Shown: piece by piece, positions 26,190-36,600 of the stretch | Layout: each line of letters opens with the position of its first letter | Numbering within the stretch: the first letter of the stretch is position 1 | The notes under the pieces: generated by a model | The model's input: the letters and a program-made list of their open reading frames with translations, nothing else | Told to the model about the DNA's origin: nothing | Databases searched by the model: none | Translations under genes and position numbers: made by a program | Origin: Peribolospora baueri | Lineage: Eukaryota | Assembly: GCA_029717555.1 (NCBI GenBank) | Contig: JAMDHS010000004.1 | Location: 1 to 64,000 of the forward strand | DNA length: 64,000 bases | Direction: 5' to 3'

Positions 26190-26900
26190 GATCGTTCACA
26201 CCGAATCGATAACAAATTAATGTCGAGTTCCGGTGCATAAAGTACCTGAAACAATAGCACGCCGAGCCGTGCCTCGGCATGGATCTTCATGGCAGTGTGC
26301 CCAATCGTCCTTAAAGGCCGGTGTGTCCTGGTTGTCTCCGAGCATGTAGGGCTCAAACCAGGACTGAGCCACCGAGTCGAAGCATGAGGCCGCGTAGACG
26401 ACCTTTTTTTGTTTGTGGAAAATCGTCGGGGGTTAGTGAGGAGGACTATACGAAACTCGGCAAGGAAGGGTGGATTGGTGCCGAGGAAAAGAGGACAAGG
26501 GGGACAAGACAATGAGGGCAAAGATAACGCCAGCATCGCCTTCTCAGTAATCGTTGCACATGCCAGGCCCCAGAAGAATGGAGGTGCGCTACAGGACGAC
26601 TGGATACCTCGACACCGGCTTTAGCAAGCACATGACGAATGACAAGCGCTAGTTCGAAGAGTACGATGTGTATGGAGCACATCGGTACATCACCTTCTGG
26701 AATAACTCGACACTTACGGCTCAAGGACAGGGGCCTCGTCCGTTTTGAGCACGCCGTGCGAGCGCTGGAATGGGAAGAAGCCCAATCTCCAACATCTACG
26801 GACCTTTGGATGCGTCGCTTGGGCACATGTTCCCCGGGAGAAGCGCCGTAAGCTGGATGATCGTGCAGTGAAGTGCCTGTTGCCCGGGTACGAGTTTGAC
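26190..26900. mobile_element. Scrambled Ty1/Copia LTR-retrotransposon relic, with fragments on both strands
   Basis: Plus strand: DDWI-LDTGFSKHMTNDKR*F (protease WILDSGAS.HMT motif, frameshifted, about 26596-26656) and TPCERWNGKKPNLQHLRTFGCVAWAHVPREKRRKLDDRAVKCLLPGYE (post-integrase, 26750-26893). Minus strand: LFQVLYAPELDINLLSIR (about 26200-26255). Confidence 0.85.
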
Positions 26901-27035
26901 GTCCCTGGAGTAGATTATTGTGCCAGTGTCAAGCTGTAACAGCTTGTACTTCTGGCTGTCAGAGGCGTCTGGGATCCCATCCTCCCGTCGACCTATCTAT
27001 CTACCTTTGAAAACGCGCCTAACGCGTCGGCGCGG

Positions 27036-27846
27036 GCGACGCCTCACTATGGGACGACGCGACCGATGCTCTACAGACGCCGCACTAGACCAACCTCTTC
27101 TTCCATTCGTCCGTTGCTCCACAGTCTCTTACCCTCCACCCTGGACTCGCCCCACCTCGCTTCCTTGGCCTCCGCTCTGGGCTCAGTTCCTGGCCTTATC
27201 CTGGGCTCAGTTCCTGACCGTTGCCGAACCTCGCTGTACTTTGACCTGTTCTCCATGCGGGCGTGACTGCACAGGTTGTCGTCAGGATTCGCTTCAAGTA
27301 CGTCAAGAAGATGAGCTTGACGCGGAGAGGAGCGAGTACCGGGTCATATTTGACGGCGCCGCAATCCAGAGCCGGAAGTTGCAGCGTCCACAGGTCGGCG
27401 GTCACGCCGACGGTCTTTGCCGCGGAGGAAACAGGTGATGGCCTTGCGTTCAGCGAGATGAGGACGGGACTGACCTTGGCGGACTCGTCGATGGGCAGCT
27501 CGTCCATTCCGGTATGTCCTGGGCGGTCATTGCGTCCAGTTGACCAGTTGACGAGCTTGAATCCACGGGGAGGTTGAAAAGGTTCCGTTGCATGAGGCCG
27601 ACAACCTGTGCAGTCACGCCCGCATGGAGGACAGGTCAAAGTACAGCGAGGTTCGGCAACGGTCAGGAACTGAGCCCAGGATAAGGCCAGGAACTGAGCC
27701 CAGAGCGGAGGCCAAGGAAGCGAGGTGGGGCGAGTCCAGGGTCGAGGGTAAGAGACTGTGGAGCAACGGACGAATGGAAGAGAACCATTGTGGTCTAGTG
27801 CGGTGTCTATAGAGCGTCGGTCGCGTCGTCTAATGTGAGGCGTCGC
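27036..27846. mobile_element. Foldback/non-autonomous element: inverted arms of about 246 bp (27036-27281 and 27599-27846) around a 317-bp spacer
   Basis: The arms are reverse complements, nearly identical over the inner about 180 bp and carrying small indels and substitutions toward the outer ends. The ORF track gives the same peptides on opposite strands. No TSD was seen. Confidence 0.85.
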
Positions 27847-28345
27847 GATGTGAACGCGATGTGAACTGAGTATAGGTGCGATGTGAAGTGAGTATAATAA
27901 GTCGTTCGACACATGTGATGTCTCTTGCCTTGCCTCGCCTTACACCCTTCTCGCTCTCGCTCTGCCCTCTGGCGGTTGGTGTGCGTGTCATAGGTAGGCT
28001 CCTCGTCGCAGGTTTGCCCAGATGTGCGTAGGAATGCCATGTTTCTTGTGGAACAATACTCACCTCGGGGAAAATATAGCATTTCCCACTTGAAGAAGTA
28101 CCCCGACGTCAATGTCTACTACAAAGGGTGACGGTTTCAAAGGAAAACGAGTACAACAATATCAATGTTGACTACAAAGCGTTAGCGTATACGAGACTCG
28201 TGGAAACGACTATCTCATTGTTCACTACAAACCGTGAACTTTACAAGATTTCGTGGGAAGGAGTACTACAACGCCGCCAGTCGCTCCGCCAACTCCGCCA
28301 AAGCCGGCTTATCATTGCACTCACAACAATGGTAAATAAGTAAGC

Positions 28346-28442
28346 GCGTCGATGGTGTAGTGGTAACATTCAACCCTTCCATATTTCCAATTAATTGGTG
28401 GGAGATCAGGTTGAGCCGGGGTTTCGATTACCTCTCGACGCA
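28346..28442 (+). tRNA. tRNA-Gly(TCC): tRNA-Gly(TCC) with a 26-nt canonical-position intron (28382-28407)
   Basis: Acceptor stem GCGTCGA/TCGACGC; D arm GTGT-AGTGGTA-ACAT; anticodon stem CAACC/GGTTG with loop CT-TCC-A^A; T arm GGGGT-TTCGATT-ACCTC; followed by a T7 Pol III terminator. Confidence 0.93.
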
Positions 28443-28449
28443 TTTTTTT
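28443..28449 (+). terminator. RNA polymerase III oligo-T terminator
   Basis: TTTTTTT immediately after the tRNA discriminator base. Confidence 0.85.
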
Positions 28450-28590
28450 GCGCCCAACTTTCTTGTTTCCTTTTTGGAAACGCCGTAGCGCACCCACAAA
28501 AGTTCACGATGTTAGGGTTAACGTGTGTGCTGCGGCAGATGCTCGTCGCTGATGGAAATAGGGGCGCCAGCCCCTCTGAGGGGAATAACC

Positions 28591-28688
28591 TGTTACAGAG
28601 CCACCAGCCCCGGCCGAGGCAATACGGACGACAAGCGGCAGAAAGGTCAAGAAGTCTAGAGCGCTCCTCGAATCTGAGACTTCGGCCT
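28591..28688 (+). repeat. Dispersed repeat module, with a second copy at about 59462-59558
   Basis: TGTTACAGAGC(C/A)ACCAGC(C/A)CCGGCCGAGGCAATACGGACG...GAATCTGAG(A/G)CTTCGGCC occurs at both sites and encodes VTExPAPAEAIRTxSGRKVKxSRALLESE. Confidence 0.9.
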
Positions 28689-29261
28689 GAGTCTCTTGGT
28701 TTACGGATAGCCAAAAGGCTGTCAAAGAATCAAAGGCAAGATGACCTTGCGCCGTGTAGCTCCGGAGCAGCCAGGCGAGGCAAGAAAAGGTCGTGGTGAA
28801 CGTTGTTGTATCGCGATCGACGACTAGAAGCAACACAACTCTCCTTCATCCCACCGTTTCTTCCGATCTATCCTCGGCACCGTTCCCAACAGGCGCCGCT
28901 CGCTCCAGGAACGACTCTTGCCCGACTCTCCACTGCCTTCTTACCCTCGAAATTCTCCTGCTCCCCGCCCTGTCCGTCTTTGTCAACCTCGGTCCTCCGC
29001 TCAGCCTTGCCTCCACCTGGTAGAGCATCTGCGCTCGCACCACCGCCATGCGATTCCTTTCGGAAGGGACTCCCACACACCACACACCGCCGCGACTAGG
29101 CCCACGTCATAGAAATACAGTTGTTGATCCTCTTGGATGAGTTCGAACTTGGAATGGAGCGCTTACTCAACATGTCGTACAGGTATTTCTTTAGAAGAGA
29201 ATGGTATCCCCGCCCCTTCTCTCCTCCCTCCTCGTACCCTCTCAGCTCGACCCGATTCGTC

Positions 29262-30717
29262 TCATACCAACTTGTCCCCCAAGCCGTCGAGGTCCCAAAA
29301 GTAGCGCATCACCTTCTTGGCGTCTGGCTCTAGGTACGGCGTATGGGGTCGGTAGACGACCTTTTCGAGGAAGCATTCCGCGATTTGGCCTGCCCGCGGG
29401 CATGCAAAGACGGTGGGAACCGAGAGAAAGGCGAGAGACGGTAGAGTGAGCATGCCTTCCTGCGCAGCGACGCTGGCCACCGTCCCACTCGACGTCGACG
29501 TTCACGCATCCGACCGACCGATCGACAGGATTGCTCACCCGTCTCTTCGCCTTCTATGAACCCGATCGCCGCTCGGACGACGGTGTCGAGTGGGGTGATC
29601 CAGTTCCTCTTGTCCATATACTTGAGCATATCGTCCGGGGGCAGACCGGTGGGCACGACGGCGGACCCGAGCGCGTTGATCGTCGTCCCTTCGTTCTCCA
29701 GACGGGGCGCCAGCGCGCGCACGAGGCCCAGCACGCCGGACTTTGTCGTCGCGTAGAGAGGGTCCATCGGAAAGGGGTACCTGTGGCGTCGCGTGCGTCA
29801 GTTTGCGATCGCCAAGGAGAAGGATGGGCTTGAGTGTGAGCGGCGACGAGTTCGCTAGAAGGAAACTTCGGCCGGACGTGCTTTCTCTCCGCCTTCCGTC
29901 TGGACGGCGAAGGCCCCGCGGCAGAGACGGGCAGTGGTCGACTCACAAACTCGCATCGCTGCCCGTGACCACGATCCTGCCTCGCACGGGCGGGTCGGCT
30001 ACCCTGAAGGCGTGCACAGCGAGTTGGACGGTATAGAGCGTGCTGACGAGGCCGACGCCTATGACCCTAAGGTCCGGTTTCGGCGGCAGAGCCTTTTCGC
30101 TCCACGGCAACGGCTTCTCCCCACTCAGGCCCCTTTCTCAGCTTTTCCTCCGGAAATGCAGCGGGGAGTAGGAATCGGTCTAGGAAGACGGGGAGCAGCT
30201 GCGGGATGGCGGCGTTGGCGACGACGATGGAGATGGGATGAGGGAGAAGGTGCGTCGGGCGGCGGAGAACAGGGAGACGAGGGAGTCCCAGGAGGAAATA
30301 TCCGTGCGGTGGAAGGCGGCCACAGGGCGGGGTTTGCTGGAAGAGGGGAAAAGCGCGTCGATCAAAAGTCAGCAAAGGAAAGATGCAGAGACCGTCTGTT
30401 TGCAATTCGTGGTTCGTAGGTCCTCACCCTGCGTTGAGCTCTTCGACCACTCTCTTTCCGTTCTCCTCGTCCAGGTCGGCCACCATGACAAGTGCCCTAC
30501 GACGAAAGCAGGGAAAATGCATAGCAAAGGAGAACAGCCAGGGGGGCCGCGGCTCAATGACGGCTGCCTCTGAACATTTCGTTGACGGCGGTATAGCCAA
30601 GGGACGATGTCAGACTCGGCTCGCTCACCCCTTCACGAGCCTCTCGGCGATGGCTTTACCAATGCCGCTCGCCGCTCCGGTGACTATAGCGACCTGGTTC
30701 TCGTAACTAGGCGGCAT
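29262..30717 (-). CDS. Short-chain dehydrogenase/reductase (15-hydroxyprostaglandin-DH-like); multi-exon, with two apparent single-base frameshifts
   Basis: VAIVTGAASGIGKAIA (TGxxxGIG), VMVADLDEENG, VVANAAI, GRIVVTGSDAS and catalytic YATTK. The frame breaks at about 30243 and 30121. Confidence 0.85.
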
Positions 30718-30984
30718 GACGGAAGGACGGACGGGAGGTCTGAGGCGGGACGGCTTGTGTGGTGCGACTGTGCTCGCGCGGGCAGCAGCTGGCTTTGCTC
30801 GGGGTAAAGAGCAAGCAGACGGAAATGCGACGATTAATGGATGACGTTCATGACCTGGAGTCGAACGTCGTTCGCGGTGATCGAGCTGCGGCACGACGTC
30901 GGCATCCACCCAAGAAGAACGTCGAGCGACGAGAGTCAGAGCTCAGCCAAAGCCATCTAGCAGGACGACGTGAAAACGAGAGCT

Positions 30985-33253
30985 ATGGTGAGCGATGCTC
31001 CTTCTCTGTCGGTCTTTGGAGGACGGCGTCGAAGCTCACTGTCCGCGTTCTCCATCCGCCGTCCTATCATTGCTCTCGCGTTCTCCAGCCGCGTCACAGC
31101 CGGTGAGTATAGTGTGAAGCAGCGACGGTGCGCGGGGTAGGAAGGCAAGGCGAGGGGACGAGCGTGCTGATGGACCGGACCACCGTTACGATACTCGTGT
31201 CGACGCTCTCGCTCCGTAGGAATAACACCGCCCTAGGGGTGAGCACCTCGGCCTGTCCCAACCCTGGGCCTGGTCTCCAACAGGTTGTCTCTTACGGACA
31301 GGTCTCGTTCTGATCCTGGTCCTCCCTCATCCTGCCACCACTTCTTTAGCACTTTACCCATGCAGAGTATCAGATGCTCCAAGACGAATGGGGGTCGAGG
31401 AGACAGCGTCTCGGACGGGATTCGATGCGCAACTTTGACGCTTGCACGCTCTGCCTCCAGACCGCCAGGGATCCCGTGTCCTGCGGCGAGGGACATTTGT
31501 ATTGCAAGGTAAGCTGACGACTTCTCCTCCCGTGTGCCCTTCTCGTGCACAGCCTACGAGAGCCATGAAATGTTCTCGTTTTGCTGCGCCACCTCTGACG
31601 AACGCGCTCCCGTCCTCTCCGTCCTCCTTCAGGAATGCATCCTTACGAACCTCCTCCAGCAGAAAAAGGACATCAAGCGAAAACGAGCGACGCTGGAGCG
31701 GATGATGCGTGAAGAGGAGGAAGAGCGACAGCGCGCAAGGGAGGAGGCGAGGGCGAGGGTGGTGAAGGACTTTGAGCAGAGCCAGCTCGGCTTGGGTGCC
31801 AGGAAGCGGCTCAAGGGATCCGAAGGGGAGGCGAGGGCGGCTGGGGAGAGGGGAGCGGGGGAGGACGGAAACGGTGAAAGTGCAGGTGCGAGTGAGGCTC
31901 CTTTCCGTTTGGCGTCGGCCCGTGCGGTGGCATGCGTCGATGGCCCGCATGCTTATTCGAACCGACCGATCGCCCTTTTCTCCATGCCGTCCTCAGCCCC
32001 GTCCTCGAAGCGAAAATTCAACTTTGACGCCGAAGAAGTCTCACGGCTGCAGACGGCAGCCGAAGAGGCGGCCATGCGAAAGATCGAGGCAGAGCAAGCG
32101 GAAGCGCGCAAAGCCAAGCTGCCCGACTTTTGGCTTCCCTCGCTCACCCCAGATGCCGCCGCGGGGCCTCTGAAGGATGTGAAGCTTGGGACGGTTTGTC
32201 AAGCTACGACGCCGCCGCATACTCTTGCGTGAGTGGTCCATCGCCGTCATCGTGACCTCTCGTTCTTTGTTTCTTCCGTATGAACCGCACAATTCCACCG
32301 TCACTCTTACAACGGCGATCGAACCGCTTGATTTTCTTCGCGTCCCATCCCACCATAGCGTCAAGAACCTGATCGACATCCTCTTCACCTTCTCCTCTTC
32401 CACTGCTTCCACACCCGCTTCCACAACTCCGACACCCGTGGCTTCCTCCGAGGGCGCCGACGCCGCGTCAGGAAAGCCGCCAACGCCTCTCGGAGCTGCC
32501 AGCCAGACGGAGAAGCGGATCATCTGCCCGAGCTGTAAGAAGGGGTTCAGTAATAGTACCACGCTGATCCGTGAGTCTGACTTGTTGGTCGGCGTTCGAG
32601 GGCGTGTGATGTGTGTGGGGTGCGGAGTGAGGGGTGGGTGAGGGCGAGTTTGTGTTCGTTCCTGAGCGTTGCGGTTGGGTGGGGTTGTGTTGCGCATGCG
32701 CTATATGGCAGTCTCCTCGGGAGCCCTGCTTCGTCTTCCTCCTCACGCCTACGTTCCTCGGCCAGCACTTCTCTCCTGTTGCGTTTCTTATTCCCCATGT
32801 GCTTACCTGGCTGCTGTCCCGTTCGCTCGGTCGCGTACCCAGTCGTCAAGCCGTGCGGTCACGTCGTTTGCAAGGTGAGAGCCTTTTTCTTACTCTTCTC
32901 ACTTTCTGCTGTCCCTTTTTTTGCCCCCGCGTCGTATCCGTGGCTCACTCATCCCAACCACATCTGCGTTGGCTGGAGCAGACGTGCGTGGACACGCTGA
33001 TGAAAGAGGCGAAACAGTGTGTGGTGTGCAGCGGAAAGGCGAGGGAGAAGGACCTCGTGGAGATCAAGAAGGAGGGTACGTGTCGTCTTTGCTTGCATCC
33101 GTCGATCCATGCTCTTGTCGTCCGAACCGCCGCTCACTCCCTCCGTGTGCTCGCCATCTCCGTCCGATCTGATTGATGCGCATGCCAGGCACGGGATACG
33201 CCGGAGGAGGATTGGCGGAGACGAGAAAGAAGGGCGTCGCTTTCCAGGGATGA
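30985..33253 (+). CDS. NOSIP: NOSIP (nitric oxide synthase-interacting protein) homologue, a RING/U-box-like spliceosome-associated factor; many small exons
   Basis: Spliced M|PRHSR|NNTALG|HFTHAEYQML...GSRRQRLGRDSMRNFDACTLCLQTARDPVSCGEGHLYCK|ECILTNLL; LPDFWLPSLTP; ICPSCKKGFSN; KPCGHVVCK|TCVDTL...CVVC; EGTGYAGGG...VAFQG*. Confidence 0.92.
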
Positions 33254-33491
33254 GAGATGTATCTACGTATCTACCTACCTACCTACTACTTATCTGGCGG
33301 GATCCGAGCGGACTCGATGTCAGTGACGTGGAGATCAATCAATCCATCCTATCGTCTATCATCTTCTATCTAAATAAGTGAGACCGCCCAGCCGGCGTTC
33401 CTACTCCCGTCCCGTCCGTCGCCCGCGGGACCAGTTCGGGGCGACACGGCGGTGGCGGCCCAGATCAGCCAGCAGCAAGCACGGAAACCAC

Positions 33492-33536
33492 CATCAGGGT
33501 TGCCATCAGGGTTGTCATCAGGGTTGTCATCAGGGT
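33492..33536 (+). repeat. 12-bp tandem repeat (CATCAGGGTTGY), about 4 copies
   Basis: catcagggttgc catcagggttgt catcagggttgt catcagggt, about 120 bp upstream of the USP ATG. Confidence 0.85.
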
Positions 33537-33656
33537 AGACAGCGTCGTCGCTGTCGCCGTCGTCATCCTCCTCGTCATCCTCGTTTCCATCCCCTATCCT
33601 TGCACGCCCACCTAGGCGGTGCCCGAGCTCCTCACGCCCAGCTCAGCCCATTCGAG

Positions 33657-36600
33657 ATGAGCAAGAAGGGCGCCGCCGCCCCATCCAAGGTGGACGTCAG
33701 TCGCCACGCCGGACTGGTGAGTGCTTGCCTTGACACATCACGAGACGTGAACAGTACAAGCATCATAGGACCGACGGCGACCGGCCTTGGACGACCACGT
33801 ACGTCCTCGCTCGGACCCTCCCTCTCAACTCACTCGCGCTCCCCCGCTTCCGTCCCCGCGCGTGCCCAGGTCAACCTCGGCAACACTTGCTTCCTCAACT
33901 CCGTCCTCCAGTCTGTTTCCTCCACGCAGACCCTACACGCCCTCATCGATCCGGCCTACGTCTCTCCCTCTTCTCCACCCTCCCTCTCCCTCGGCCCTCC
34001 ATCCCAGCCCCCTTCTCTTCGCCCTCGCCCAGCCTCCGCCACCTCGGACAATGTCACCGCCGCCTCAGCCTCCGCCCACGCCGCGGCACCGCGGAGCATC
34101 GCCCTCGGCCCAGACGGCGACGAGAATCTCGATCTCCTTCCTCTGACCAGCGCCTTCCGTCAAACCCTCAAGAAGACCTGGGCGTCCCCCGCCTCTGCCC
34201 CGTCCAACCGAACCGACCCCTCCCGACAGCGACCGTCCAGCTCGAGCGGCAGCAAATCCAACCGCGGCGGCAACAGCGGCGGCGGCAGCAGCAGCTCGTA
34301 CGACGACGGTCCTGGAGTCAAAGGCGAGCGCAGCTCCCTCGTCGTCGATCCTAGACTCCTCCTCAAGCGGGTGGGGGACAAGTTCGATCAGTACATGGAG
34401 TTCGGGCAGCAGGACGGGCATGAGCTGCTCATTCATCTGCTCGACGCGATGCGGATGGAGGAGCTCGATGTGAGCATCCGCTTTTCCACCGACCTCGTCT
34501 TCTCCTCTTTACGGGTCCGGTGCGGGTATCTCACCTGACTCCTTCTCCCTGCCCGCACGATCCTTCTCTCCCCCTCACCCCCCCGCCTGCCTTCCTCTCC
34601 CGCCTCATCAAAGGTCATCAAACGCGTCTTCCCTCCGCCGCCTCCCAAGTCCAAGGAAGAGCGTCGGGCAGAGCGAGCAGTGCGCCGTCGTCAGCAAAGG
34701 GAGCATCAAAGCAGACGAGTAGACGGAAACCGTTCATCCGCTGCTGATTCGGATGCGCCCTGGCGTGACCCGAGTCGAGAAGGAAGGGAAATGTGGCCGG
34801 AAATGGGGCACGCCGGAGGGATGGATGGTGGAGAACTCGCGGAGGGTGCGCGTGGGGATGCGATCGCCACTGCCGCTGATGATATGGATGGAGAGCGGAA
34901 CAAGGCTCGAGCTTTGGATAGAGACAGCGTCCGACCCTTCGTGGACATCGTCTTTGGCGGCAAGCTGGACCAGATCGTCGTTTGCGAAGGGTGTAAGAAC
35001 GTGAGCGTTCTCGTCTTTCTTGCCAAGCTGTGGCCGAGGCCGCCTTGATTCTCTTCCAGCTCTTCTACCGCAAGTTTTCTGACTCTCCTCCCAACCGTTT
35101 ACGCTCTGATCTATACACCATCTCGCTTTGTCGCAGGTGTCCATCGTTTCGGAGGACTTTTACGACATTTCCCTTTCGCTCGGCCGAGATGCAGGTCAAA
35201 GGGTCCGCAAGGTGAGCGCCTCGGTCGACAAGTCTGCTCATCGACCGTTACCACTGGTATTCATATTTCCAACCCATTTCTGCGCGCCGCCCGCTCAGCG
35301 TGACCGCATTCGATCCATAGCTCGAAAGTGGCGCCGGGCGAGAGCGTCCTCCTCTTCCGCTGGCGAGGATCGCTCAAAGGCCATCTTCTCCGTAGCACCA
35401 GGAGAGACGACCGAGGAAGCCGCTTTCTCCGCTGCTATGACCGAGGCCGAGGTTTCCGAGCCGGTCGCTGCGGCGAAGGAGCAGCAGCGACGAAGGCTCA
35501 GCGCCCAACCTTTGACGTCTCGGCCGAGCCTTCGCAAGGCCAGCTTCAGGGCCCTTGGTAGGAGTCCCAGCATGGGCTGGAGTCCCAGCATGGGCTCGCC
35601 TGAGACCAAGGCAGCCGCCCAGCAGGACGGCAGCGCCATCGCGAGCGACACGGAGGGCGACGCGGGTGACGAGGAGGGAGGTGGCGAATTGAACAGGGCG
35701 AGCGACGACGAGAAGGAGAAGGAACGGCAAGTGGGCGAGGAGAGGAAGCAGCTAGAGGCGGAGGAAGAGAAGTCGGACCCCGTTCGAGCCGCTTGGATCC
35801 GGCGCCTCCTCGCAGACGCTGGCCCGGTGCCACCCAGCCCGCTCTCCCTTCTCCGTCCCTCCACACCCCTTCACCCGCACGCCCATCCCGGCTCGGAAGC
35901 CGATCCAACTGACCGCGCCGCACCTGGCGACCCGTACTACGGCTACGGCCCCAAGGGTACGCTACCCGGCACGACGGAGACGCTCCGTAAGCAGTCCGGC
36001 ACCGGTCTCGTGCAGGCCCTCCGTAACTTCACCGGCGTCGAGTTACTCCAAGGCGACAACGAGTTTGCGTGCAAAAACTGCTGGAAGTTGGCTAATCCTG
36101 ATCGCGTGCGGCGGCGGAGAAGGGTGCGGCGGAGGAGGGCCGCCGTGTCTGCTGCTATTCATGTAGTTCACGGTGGATGTCAGGGGGCTGATGACTCGGA
36201 CGACTTGAGTTCGTCTTCTTCCAGCACTCTTTCTTCTTCCTCCTCGTCTGGGTTTAGCTCTGCTGATGAGGGTGACGACGAGGTGGCGGGAGGCAGCGTC
36301 TTTGAGCGTGACCAAGCGTCGACATCGGCGTCGGCGTCGCTCTCGGGCGGGCCGCTCTCGACGATCTCACTAGCTAGCGACCGCACGCAATCATCCTGCT
36401 CCAGCTCCAACTTCGATATCATGGGCGCCAGCATCGTTAGCTGTCCCGCCTCCTTGCCCGCCTCCCCGGTCACGGCTCGGCCACGACCGCTTCCGCGCCG
36501 GGACGGCAGGGGCGAAGAGAACGAGCAATTGAGCGATAAGGGGGACGCTGACGCGGCAGAAGAGTCTCAGCAAGCCATTCCTTCCATCAAGACCACCGAC

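Noticed and set aside
27845..27895. GCGATGTGAA x3 next to the right foldback arm as a target-site duplication
   Set aside because: There is no counterpart on the left flank, so it is a local tandem repeat and not a TSD.
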